From Psychrobacter cryohalolentis K5 (GTDB lineage: Bacteria > Pseudomonadota > Gammaproteobacteria > Pseudomonadales > Moraxellaceae): a stretch of DNA of 32,000 nt. Positions 16,727-25,585 of this stretch are shown here, piece by piece (positions within the stretch are counted from its first letter, which is position 1; every line of letters begins with the position of its first letter). The position numbers were made by a program, and so were the translations under genes. Location of the stretch: NCBI RefSeq assembly GCF_000013905.1, contig NC_007969.1, forward strand, positions 1,560,001 to 1,592,000. Direction: 5' to 3'. The notes under the pieces are model-generated. The model saw nothing but the letters and a program-made list of their open reading frames with translations. It did not search any database and was not told the origin of the DNA.

Positions 16727-18922
16727 ATGAGTAATAATAACAATAAGAGCAGAGCGGGCGTTAGCTTACAAGAAAGCTGGGCTAGTAACATCAGTGATTA
16801 TATATTGCTGCGCCGTCAGCAAACGCACTTAGCGTATAACGTCACTGAGGCAAAGGCTAATGCTGATAGTAAGCAAATCGATAAGACGGAACAAAATGGC
16901 TTATTTACTGCTTTATTCGTTATGTTGGCCACTCATTTAGAAGAGGGACATACTGTACTCACCATTGAGGCAGCTGAGCATGAACATCCAATACAAGGTC
17001 AAATCAATGGCGAGCTAGTCACCCTATATGCCTGGCAGCAGCAACTATTAGAGATGCTAGCAACACCAATCCTAGCACTGATTGACATTCAAACAGTTAC
17101 TCAGCAAGAGGATGATTCTACAGCTGGGTTATCATTATTTATCCTGCTAGACATCATGTTTGGTAAGCGAGCTCAGCTATGGGCACAGCTAGCACTCACC
17201 AATCGTGAAAAAGAGATACTCAGCAAACGCTTTGATGCGGTTGCTGCACTTTATCAGATAGTGAAAAACACGAATCTGAATTCCTTCATTCAGTCTATTC
17301 ATGAGCATACTTTGTTCGCTGACGCTAATTCTAACGTGAATAATAAAAATAGCCTAAGCAAAAATAATCAACCTATTGTGTATCAGCATATTAATGAACC
17401 AGAAGCTGATACACAAAATATTAAGATCACTTTTTGGTTACATCGAGCTTGGCAAGCAGAATTCAACTTAGCACAGCACATCAATACTATTTTGAACCAA
17501 CAGATAACCCCTTTAGAGATAGCGATACCGGAAAACCTACATGAGCAGCAGGTAATGGCTATTAATGTCGCTAATAACAATGCCTTTAGCATTATTACTG
17601 GTGGTCCCGGTACAGGGAAGACCTATACGGTTGCTCAATTAGTAATTGCTCTGCAACAAGCTGCAGAGAGTGGGGGTGATGAGCATGGAAAAATTCGGTT
17701 CAGTACAGACAGTGCCAGCCTAGCCTTAGCAGCACCGACTGGTAAGGCTGCCCAGCGAATGCAAGAGTCTTTGCAAGCGGCTCTAGATGGATCGAATGTA
17801 GAGCTACAACTGCAAGAAGCCAAGACCATTCATCGCTTATTAGGCATTGGTCGAACAGGTAGACCACGTTACAATGCAAATAATCCACTCGGCGAAGATA
17901 TTATCATTGTCGATGAGGCATCTATGTTGGGGGTGGAACTGGCTAATTACCTTGTAAGTGCGGTAAAACCGGGCGCAAGGCTTATATTGTTAGGAGATGC
18001 GAACCAGCTAGCCGCAGTAGATGCTGGGGCAGTATTGGCTGACTTATGCTGCATTCCATTGCTACAACCTATACATGCAAAGCTAACAGAGAGTCGCCGA
18101 TTTAGCGCAGACTCAGGGATTGGGAAGCTTGCCAATCAAATTAATAAGACAGAGGCAGATACTCAAGCTATTTGGCAGTTGTTAAGGCAGGACAAGGCAC
18201 TGAGTTTTCAATATGTAAATACGTTGCAAACAGAGATAGCTATAGATAATAAGATAAAAAATAGCCTAAGCAATTATAAAATTCTCTCGAACCTCACTTT
18301 AAGTTATCATCAATACCTGAATAGAGTTGAATCACTACTAAAGAATCCAATAGAAAAATCCGTGCCAGAATTAGTAAAAAGTACAATTACTTCATTAATG
18401 CAAACGTTTAATCAGTTTAGAGTCCTAAGTGCTGGTCATAATGGCGAGTGGGGTGATCACTACATTAATAATCATATCACTCAATGGCATCTTACTAAGC
18501 TAAAGCTACCGCTAGGTCAAAATACATGGTTTCATGGTCGTCCCGTTATGGTTTTACAAAACAACTATGAACTTGGATTATTTAATGGCGATATTGGTTT
18601 TTGCTTGCAAACAGGAGATGGAAGAAGCCGACTTGAGGTGTTCTTTGAGAATAAAGCACAGGGAATTGCTGTCAATCTGCTAAATGAAGACGTTATAGCC
18701 ACAGCATATGCAATGACCATTCATAAATCGCAGGGGTCTGAGTTTGATCATGTGGCCATTACTTTTGATAATAGTCATGCAAGGCTTTTGAGCAAAGAGC
18801 TTATTTATACGGCGGTAACCCGTGCTAAAAAACAGGTGACAATATATAGTACAAAACATGCTTTCGAAAAAGCCGTTCAGACACCGACTGAGCGCAATAC
18901 GGGTTTGGCATTGCAGTTTTAG
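16727..18922 (+). CDS. recD: Exodeoxyribonuclease V alpha subunit RecD (731 aa)
   Basis: SF1 helicase motifs are present: ITGGPGTGKTYTV, LAAPTGKAAQRM, IIIVDEASML, LILLGDANQLAAVDAG, MTIHKSQGSEFDHV and YTAVTRAKKQVTIY. Confidence 0.95.
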   Translation: MSNNNNKSRAGVSLQESWASNISDYILLRRQQTHLAYNVTEAKANADSKQIDKTEQNGLFTALFVMLATHLEEGHTVLTIEAAEHEHPIQGQINGELVTLYAWQQQLLEMLATPILALIDIQTVTQQEDDSTAGLSLFILLDIMFGKRAQLWAQLALTNREKEILSKRFDAVAALYQIVKNTNLNSFIQSIHEHTLFADANSNVNNKNSLSKNNQPIVYQHINEPEADTQNIKITFWLHRAWQAEFNLAQHINTILNQQITPLEIAIPENLHEQQVMAINVANNNAFSIITGGPGTGKTYTVAQLVIALQQAAESGGDEHGKIRFSTDSASLALAAPTGKAAQRMQESLQAALDGSNVELQLQEAKTIHRLLGIGRTGRPRYNANNPLGEDIIIVDEASMLGVELANYLVSAVKPGARLILLGDANQLAAVDAGAVLADLCCIPLLQPIHAKLTESRRFSADSGIGKLANQINKTEADTQAIWQLLRQDKALSFQYVNTLQTEIAIDNKIKNSLSNYKILSNLTLSYHQYLNRVESLLKNPIEKSVPELVKSTITSLMQTFNQFRVLSAGHNGEWGDHYINNHITQWHLTKLKLPLGQNTWFHGRPVMVLQNNYELGLFNGDIGFCLQTGDGRSRLEVFFENKAQGIAVNLLNEDVIATAYAMTIHKSQGSEFDHVAITFDNSHARLLSKELIYTAVTRAKKQVTIYSTKHAFEKAVQTPTERNTGLALQF
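17349..17360 (+). repeat. 12-mer AATAGCCTAAGC, copy 3 (in recD)
   Basis: Exact string, translated as N-S-L-S within NNKNSLSKNN. Confidence 0.95.
18260..18271 (+). repeat. 12-mer AATAGCCTAAGC, copy 4 (in recD)
   Basis: Exact string, translated as N-S-L-S within IKNSLSNYK. Confidence 0.95.
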
Positions 18923-18979
18923 TTAGTATTTATCGCATGTATTATCACACTCAAATATATATACTTATCAATAAGCAAT

Positions 18980-19006
18980 AAAAAAGCACCCATTGGATGC
19001 TTTTTT
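18980..19006. terminator. Probable bidirectional terminator between convergent recD and hpt
   Basis: aaaaaagcacccattggatgctttttt is an imperfect GC-containing hairpin flanked by an A-run and a T-run. Confidence 0.5.
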
Positions 19007-19035
19007 ACTATGCTATCAAGTCAATCAAAAACTGA

Positions 19036-19599
19036 TTAAATCTTGTCTTCTTTAATAGCGTAGATACCAGGCAGATGACGTAAATAACCATGGAAGTCCA
19101 TACCACAGCCATAAACATAGCGATCTGCAACATTAATACCAACGAAATCAACATCGAAACCTTTAACTTTACGATCATGCTCTTTATTAAGGAGAACACA
19201 TGATTCAATCGATAAAGGTTTTTCCTTGCTCAATTCTTCAACCACTGCTTTTAAGGTGATGCCTTCATCAAAAATATCATCGATCAATAAGACATGCTCG
19301 CCTTCAATGTTAACATCAGGCTTAAATTTCCAATCAAGCTCATTGGTTCCTTCGTTATCACGATAGCGTGATGCATGGATATAATGCATACGATGATAAA
19401 AAGTAAGGTGAGTCAATAATTGACCGGCTGGGATAAGCCCGCCATTCATAACGACCATAACAATCGGATTTAGACCAGCATAGTGCAGATTAAGCTGTGC
19501 AGCTAAACGCTCATAAGCGGCAGCAACTTCTATACTGCTGATTAGGCATTCTGAGTTACGTAATGTTTTTTCAATTTCTTGATTGCTGATTTGGGTCAT
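19036..19599 (-). CDS. hpt: Hypoxanthine-guanine phosphoribosyltransferase
   Basis: The 187-aa ORF has the PRPP-binding motif HVLLIDDIFDEGITL. Its C-terminal block YVYGCGMDFHGYLRHLPGIY parallels E. coli Hpt (VVGYGIDYAQRYRHLPYIG). Confidence 0.85.
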   Translation of the reverse strand: MTQISNQEIEKTLRNSECLISSIEVAAAYERLAAQLNLHYAGLNPIVMVVMNGGLIPAGQLLTHLTFYHRMHYIHASRYRDNEGTNELDWKFKPDVNIEGEHVLLIDDIFDEGITLKAVVEELSKEKPLSIESCVLLNKEHDRKVKGFDVDFVGINVADRYVYGCGMDFHGYLRHLPGIYAIKEDKI

Positions 19600-19701
19600 C
19601 GGACGTGCCTTTGGTAAAAAGTGCCGCTTATTTTAGCAAATTTTCGTGAATATGCCCAATGCCAACTGGCTTTTGAGGCAAAATTAATCAAATATTGGCA
19701 C

Positions 19702-20370
19702 TTATTCTGGCTTTTCTACGATAAAAGGGCGGTAATAGTTCGCCAAGCGATTCAATGAGCTGTCTGGCAAATCAGGTAACAACTTATTAAGTGCCATATT
19801 CATGCCTTTATCGATAGCTGCTTTGGCAACAGGTACAGATTTGCGTTTAATCATACCCAATTTTAAGGTTTCAGCAAAACGGCTAATAAAGTGAGTTAAA
19901 GTTTCTTCGTTCATGGTTTCGAGTGCGGTTTTAAATGTCTTGGTATCCACATGTTCAGGAGTAATGGCTGCAAAACCTTTTTGAATGATGGCAGTATGTT
20001 GTTCTGTGAGCTTAAAACCCACCCGTTTTAGACCGTCATTATCGATAAAGGTTGCTCGATCTCTTAGAAAATGGAAGCTTGGCAATACTTCTTCGTTATT
20101 TTCTTTACCCAGCAAAATATTAAGCAAGGTATCGGTCGCACGTTCAACAGTGACAACCACTTTACGCATGGACGCTTGGCGTTCAGGATTTGGGATAATG
20201 TCAACCAGACCAACCAATAAATTATCAATAAGATCACGCGCAGTCTGATGCGTTAAAGCATCGCGATATGGGTAGTATGGTACTTCCTCATTCGATGCAA
20301 TGATTTGCTCAGCTTCAACGATTAATGCTTTTAATTTATCTGAAGGTACAAATCCAAAATAATGCGCCAT
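19702..20370 (-). CDS. Hypothetical protein
   Basis: This is a 222-aa soluble-looking ORF with an ATG start, divergent from cstA. I do not recognise a family. Confidence 0.65.
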   Translation of the reverse strand: MAHYFGFVPSDKLKALIVEAEQIIASNEEVPYYPYRDALTHQTARDLIDNLLVGLVDIIPNPERQASMRKVVVTVERATDTLLNILLGKENNEEVLPSFHFLRDRATFIDNDGLKRVGFKLTEQHTAIIQKGFAAITPEHVDTKTFKTALETMNEETLTHFISRFAETLKLGMIKRKSVPVAKAAIDKGMNMALNKLLPDLPDSSLNRLANYYRPFIVEKPE

Positions 20371-20678
20371 TGTGCTTCCTTTATTTGTTGTTTTCGAGGT
20401 TTAACTAGCGTTACATTCTTCGTTAAATCGGTTAGTATTTAAATGGGTTGCCAACCAAAGATTCACCATATCATATACTGACTGATGACGTCTGCTAACT
20501 ATAAAGTTCAGCCGTATTAATGGATGATGATATGACAAAATTTCTATCAACTGCGTAATTGCGTATGGTCAGGTGCTCTGAGTCACCAGCCGAAGACTAA
20601 TTTAACATATTTTTTATATTCTAAATTAAAAAGCTTGAACTTATAAGGCTACCCATTACTTGTCTAAGGAGAGATAAG

Positions 20679-22358
20679 ATGAATAGTGCAATCGTGCTAT
20701 TGTTTGCTGTTGCCGCTATGCTTTGCGGTTATCTGTTTTACTCAAAATTTATCGCCACTAAAATCTTGGCATTGGATAATAGTATCCCCACGCCAGCACA
20801 TACTATGAAGGATGGGGTAGATTATATTCCCACTAATAAATATGTGTTGTGGGGACACCATTTTACTTCAGTCGCAGGGGCAGCACCGATTATTGGTCCT
20901 GCCATTGCGGTTATTTGGGGCTGGGTACCTGCTATCATTTGGGTGGTATTAGGTACTATTTTTATGGCAGGTGTCCACGACATGTCTGCCATTTGGGCAA
21001 GTATGCGCAATCGAGGTCAATCGATTGGCTCGATTGCCGGTACGGTCATGGGTACACGTGTGCGCAGCTTGATGATGATCGTCATCTTTTTATTATTACT
21101 AATGGTAAATGCGGTATTCGGCGTCGCTATTGCTAATATGATGATAAAAACCCCATCCGCTGTACTGCCAGTTTGGGGTGCTTTGATAGTCGCCTTTATC
21201 ATCGGTCAATGCATTTATCGCTATAAGATGAATCTGGTTTGGGTATCAATCATTGGGGTCACGGCTTTATATGGGCTTATCTATCTTGGTCCTATGTTCC
21301 CCATTGTGTTACCTGAGACATTTTTAGGCTTACCTGACAATGCTGTTTGGATTATTATTTTATTTGTCTATGCGGCAATCGCGTCTTTGTTACCAGTCTG
21401 GATGCTGTTGCAGCCGCGCGATTACATCAATGGCTTGCAGTTATTTGTCGGTCTGATTTTATTATATGCCGCTATCTTTATTGCGACTCCTAATATTGTC
21501 GCGCCAGCGATCAACACAGCATTGCCAATCGGTACGCCATCTATGCTGCCTTTATTGTTTGTGACCATTGCTTGTGGTGCAATCTCAGGCTTTCATGGTT
21601 TGGTAGCGACAGGTACGACGTCTAAGCAAATTGATAAAGAAGAAGATGTGCGATTCGTTGGTTACTTCGGTGCCATGGGTGAGGGCATGCTAGCACTCGG
21701 TGCGATACTTGCGGCAACAGCAGGCTTTGCAACCCTTGGCGACTGGCAAGCCGTTTATCAAAAATTTGGCGACGGCTCTATTGGTGCCTTTATCGATGGC
21801 GGTGCGACTATCTTGAATGCAGGTGTTGGCATTGATATGGTTTTATCGCAGACGATGCTGACGGTAATGGCAGCATTGTTCGCTGGTACCACGATGGATA
21901 CTGGAGTACGTTTGCAACGCTATATCTTCCAAGAATTTGGTGAAATTTATAAACTGCCTGTTCTAAATAAAAGTGTGGTGGCCACATTGCTTGCCGTTGG
22001 TAGCTGTTTGTTATTAGCATTCGGTGCTGGTGGCATCGATGGTGCTGGTGGTATGATTATTTGGCCGTTATTTGGCACGACGAATCAGCTCATGGCAGCA
22101 TTAACCTTAATGATTGTAACCGTTATTTTATTACGTAAAGGCAGACCAGTATGGTATACCTTAGGGCCATTGTCGTTCTTACTGGTCATGACGGTTTTTG
22201 CATTATTGATTCAGCTAAAAACCTTTTTCAATGACGGTAATTGGCTGCTTATTATTATGGATATCATTATCTTGATAGCCACAATTTTAGTGACGTTTGA
22301 GAGTTTATCAGTACTCCGTAAAGAATGGTCGATACACAGAGGCAAAAGCAACCTCTAA
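20679..22358 (+). CDS. cstA: Carbon starvation protein A (CstA) family transporter, short 559-aa form
   Basis: A strong Shine-Dalgarno sequence (aaggagag) precedes the ATG. The signature N-terminal block is GVDYIPTNKYVLWGHHFTSVAGAAPIIGPAIAVIWGWVPAIIWVVLGTIFMAGVHD. The protein is polytopic. Confidence 0.92.
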   Translation: MNSAIVLLFAVAAMLCGYLFYSKFIATKILALDNSIPTPAHTMKDGVDYIPTNKYVLWGHHFTSVAGAAPIIGPAIAVIWGWVPAIIWVVLGTIFMAGVHDMSAIWASMRNRGQSIGSIAGTVMGTRVRSLMMIVIFLLLLMVNAVFGVAIANMMIKTPSAVLPVWGALIVAFIIGQCIYRYKMNLVWVSIIGVTALYGLIYLGPMFPIVLPETFLGLPDNAVWIIILFVYAAIASLLPVWMLLQPRDYINGLQLFVGLILLYAAIFIATPNIVAPAINTALPIGTPSMLPLLFVTIACGAISGFHGLVATGTTSKQIDKEEDVRFVGYFGAMGEGMLALGAILAATAGFATLGDWQAVYQKFGDGSIGAFIDGGATILNAGVGIDMVLSQTMLTVMAALFAGTTMDTGVRLQRYIFQEFGEIYKLPVLNKSVVATLLAVGSCLLLAFGAGGIDGAGGMIIWPLFGTTNQLMAALTLMIVTVILLRKGRPVWYTLGPLSFLLVMTVFALLIQLKTFFNDGNWLLIIMDIIILIATILVTFESLSVLRKEWSIHRGKSNL

Positions 22359-22389
22359 GCCATGTTGAATAATTAATGAAATGTCAGAT

Positions 22390-22420
22390 AAAACGCTAGC
22401 AGCAATTGCTGGCGTTTTTT
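22390..22420 (+). terminator. Rho-independent terminator after cstA
   Basis: aaaacgctagcagcaattgctggcgtttttt forms a GC-rich stem (acgc..cagc / gctg..gcgt) followed by T6. Confidence 0.7.
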
Positions 22421-22470
22421 GTCTCATATAGGCATGATAGATAATAAGCATACGCAAAATAAGGGTCATT

Positions 22471-22764
22471 ATGGAAAAGGCAGATATCACAAAACCTATA
22501 AAAAATATTGAGCCATGGTGGCAACGGTTTGCGGCTGGGTTAAACGAGTTTTATCATGCGCCGTATCGCCAGACGATGGCACGCGCCGCGCGTGATGAGG
22601 AAGATTTTTTTATGCTACTCATGTTTGCGGAAAGCTTAGGCATCGATAATCCGGCAAGCTTTTATACGCTAGAATTGCAGCCTTTGTTTTTAGAAAATTT
22701 CCATGAATGGCATACACGCATGGGCATGGATAGATGCCCTTTTGACCATGTTGGTTGCTGCTAG
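22471..22764 (+). CDS. Small CstA-neighbourhood protein ending in Cys-Cys-stop (resembles the family PGAP labels cory-CC-star protein)
   Basis: The 97-aa ORF has AAGGG 5 nt upstream of the ATG. The C-terminus reads ...RCPFDHVGCC followed by TAG, seen directly. It lies between a CstA-family gene and an ArsA-like ATPase gene. The family name is from memory. Confidence 0.75.
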   Translation: MEKADITKPIKNIEPWWQRFAAGLNEFYHAPYRQTMARAARDEEDFFMLLMFAESLGIDNPASFYTLELQPLFLENFHEWHTRMGMDRCPFDHVGCC

Positions 22765-22797
22765 TTTCCTTTGAATTAATTAAAACGAGATAAAAGT

Positions 22798-23814
22798 ATG
22801 GCATTACATCCATTGCCTGCATTGGTAGAGCAATTAATGACACAGCCGATTATATTTATCGGTGGAAAGGGCGGTGTCGGTAAAACTACCACTGCCGCTG
22901 CACTTGCCAGCTATTATGCCAATCAAGGTAAAAAGACACTGATTGTCTCGACCGATCCAGCACACAGCTTGGGCGATGTATTAAACGTCCCGCTCAAAAA
23001 CCAAAAAACAGCAGTAACTTCTTATCTAGATGCTATTGAACTAAACCCTGATATCATCGTCGATGAGCATTTTGCCCAAGTTGAACGCACCATTACTTCC
23101 TATGCAAACCCAGACATGATGCCAAAAATTCGCGAGCATCTACGGCTATCAAAATCAGCACCTGGTGCACAAGAAGCCGCGATGCTCGAATCCATGTGTC
23201 ACCATCTAGTCGAAGCAGCAGATGCCGGCTATGAGCACGTTATTTTTGATACCGCACCGACGGGACATACACTGCGTTTATTAGTGCTGCCTGAGATGAT
23301 GGGGGCATGGACGGATGGATTGCTAGCGCAGCAGCGAAGGCAAGCAAAACTGCGCTCAGTGGCAAATCATTTGGGCAGTCATGAACAAGACAATAATAAA
23401 AACGACTTAGCCAATCCGTTTGCCGCAAAAAAAACCGACCGCTGGGAGCAAGCAGTATCCGTACTAGAAAAACGCAAACAGCTGTTTCGTCAGGCAGGGT
23501 TGCTGCTTCATGACCGTACACAAACCGCCATTGTATTAGTGATGACGGCTGACGTATTGCCACTGGCTGAAACAAAGCGAGCGATAGAGCAGTTAGAAGA
23601 CAGTAAACTTATGCCAGCCGCAATCGTTATCAATCAGTTGATATCTCCGACGCAGTCCGATACGTTTTGGCATCGTCGTGCTGAGCGCCAACAGCAATTA
23701 ATGCAAGATATTGAAAAGAATTTTTCCGAGTATCCGCTATACCCAATATATCTGCAGCAAACCGACGTACGCGGTACTGATGCCTTAAGTGCATTAGTAA
23801 GCCCGGCATCATAA
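22798..23814 (+). CDS. ArsA/GET3/TRC40-family ATPase (single-domain, 338 aa)
   Basis: It has the deviant Walker A IGGKGGVGKTTTAAALA, STDPAHSLGDVL, and the ArsA-family signature DTAPTGHTLRLL. It starts 33 bp after the CC-terminal ORF. Confidence 0.9.
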   Translation: MALHPLPALVEQLMTQPIIFIGGKGGVGKTTTAAALASYYANQGKKTLIVSTDPAHSLGDVLNVPLKNQKTAVTSYLDAIELNPDIIVDEHFAQVERTITSYANPDMMPKIREHLRLSKSAPGAQEAAMLESMCHHLVEAADAGYEHVIFDTAPTGHTLRLLVLPEMMGAWTDGLLAQQRRQAKLRSVANHLGSHEQDNNKNDLANPFAAKKTDRWEQAVSVLEKRKQLFRQAGLLLHDRTQTAIVLVMTADVLPLAETKRAIEQLEDSKLMPAAIVINQLISPTQSDTFWHRRAERQQQLMQDIEKNFSEYPLYPIYLQQTDVRGTDALSALVSPAS

Positions 23815-23855
23815 AGCCCGTCAGTAAGAGATATTATCTTTAACATGTTTATGCA

Positions 23856-25472
23856 TTATTGCTGACCCTGATACGACGACAGCTTACTTGCCAGCGACCA
23901 TGCCATATCTGCGCGTAATAACTGCGCCTGCTCAGACTTGCCACTACTGAGTGATGACCACTGCGGTTTGCCACGAGCTTTTTTCAGCTCACTGGGCAGT
24001 TTGTGCGTTGCCCATGGCGTTATAGCATTATTATTCCCAGCGTCAGTATCACCAATTGAGGCCTCACCCTTATATATCAGCTGCGTAGCATCTGTTGCTG
24101 CATGCCCACGGTGACGTAGCGCAGTGAGCAAATCTATCGCTCGAGTGGCTAGCAGGGTCAATGTTGCAGGGTCGATATATAACCGCTTAACCCCTGATAT
24201 TTTATCGGCGATACTGCCAGTATTGGATAGCAATCCACCTGCGATGCCACCGATGGCAGCACCCAATCCCAAGGTTGTACCAAGAGCCGCCGCATCAATA
24301 CCCAATCCTAGTAACGCGCCAGCCGCAGCGCCTGATGTGGTGCGAATACCATAACTTTTTAGCAGCTCAGGGTCGAACGGGTCTTGCTGATAGGCCTGTA
24401 GCTCAAGTGGCGTTGCCGCTACATCATTGTCATAAAATTTGTATAAACTCAGCAAATTATGCTGCATTGCTCGTTCGCTCTGTCTAACCGCTTCTTGCAT
24501 TTGCTGTAATACTGGCATGGGATCATCATCTTCGCCAATTTCACGGACAAATGCTGCGACGTTTAACAAGAAATCTGCAATGATAATATTGGCTTCATCA
24601 TATAACTGTGCCCAGTTTTCAGTGCGGCGCGCCATTAATTGCTCAAGCATCTCAGAGTGGGTAAGCATGGTGGCTAAATTCTTCCATAAACGCATCTCAT
24701 CGTTAAATTCAAATGCCACTGAATCAAAGCGCGTCGAGATATGTAAGTTACGTCTTGCCAGCATAGTCTGCCAGTCATCAATATTGGCATCCTGAGCATC
24801 AGTGAAATTAAATACCGGCATAACAGGAATCGCGGCCCAAGATAAAATAGCCAGCTCATCTCTATATTTACCGAGTACCGGCTCACGTGCATCGACAACA
24901 TAAATAGCCATATCACTTGCTAACAGCTGACGAATCACTTTGGCTTCCTGGCTATAGTCCTCATTGCTACTTAGCGCATCACTACTTTGAGCAATATCAG
25001 ATGCCAAAAACTGTTGCAGGCGCTCAATACCATCACGGCGACTGGCGGTATTATCCTCAAGCCAATCCATCAGCCCTGATGCGTCCTCCAAACCTGGCGT
25101 GTCATATAGAGCCACCAATATTTCACCCGTTTGACTATCCGTCAGTTGGGCGCGCTCTACATGACGGGTAGTTGCGGCTTCATTTTTTACTTCACCGAAG
25201 TAAACGTCACGCAATAGAGTACGTAATATAGAAGTCTTACCCGTATTGGTATGACCAACGACCGCAAGCTTTAATGCCTCACCACTAGCGATGGTTTTTT
25301 TAGCTGTCCTGTAGCTAGTCTCTGGTTCACTTGATGACTGTGGGGCTAATCCAGACGATGATGCTTGAGGATTGACCTCATGCGCTTTATCAGCAAAAAG
25401 CCCTGCAGGCTTATCGGTTTTTTGCAGACTGTTCTGCGCATTATTTCCTTGATTATTATTGTCGTTATTCAT
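23856..25472 (-). CDS. GTPase with C-terminal glycine-zipper membrane segment (GTPase/DUF3482-like)
   Basis: G1 is GHTNTGKTS, G3 is LYDTPGLED, and a possible G4 variant is FNFTDA. The N-terminus is N/Q/S-rich and low-complexity. The segment SGAAAGALLGLGIDAAALGTTLGLGAAIGGIAGGLLS is typical of DUF3482 proteins as I recall them. Confidence 0.82.
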   Translation of the reverse strand: MNNDNNNQGNNAQNSLQKTDKPAGLFADKAHEVNPQASSSGLAPQSSSEPETSYRTAKKTIASGEALKLAVVGHTNTGKTSILRTLLRDVYFGEVKNEAATTRHVERAQLTDSQTGEILVALYDTPGLEDASGLMDWLEDNTASRRDGIERLQQFLASDIAQSSDALSSNEDYSQEAKVIRQLLASDMAIYVVDAREPVLGKYRDELAILSWAAIPVMPVFNFTDAQDANIDDWQTMLARRNLHISTRFDSVAFEFNDEMRLWKNLATMLTHSEMLEQLMARRTENWAQLYDEANIIIADFLLNVAAFVREIGEDDDPMPVLQQMQEAVRQSERAMQHNLLSLYKFYDNDVAATPLELQAYQQDPFDPELLKSYGIRTTSGAAAGALLGLGIDAAALGTTLGLGAAIGGIAGGLLSNTGSIADKISGVKRLYIDPATLTLLATRAIDLLTALRHRGHAATDATQLIYKGEASIGDTDAGNNNAITPWATHKLPSELKKARGKPQWSSLSSGKSEQAQLLRADMAWSLASKLSSYQGQQ

Positions 25473-25585
25473 AATAGAATCTTATATTGATTGGTAGTAT
25501 CCAAAAACATCATAGCTTTTATTGTAGAACAAATTGATCTATCTTTCGGTATGAGTTCAATAATCCATCGTCTAAAAAAAGATTT

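Noticed and set aside
20446-20456. An 11-bp palindrome ggttgccaacc and a nearby gcgtaat/tgcgtat repeat in the cstA upstream region, considered as a CRP-type site.
   Set aside because: It does not resemble TGTGA-N6-TCACA. It is too short and isolated to interpret.
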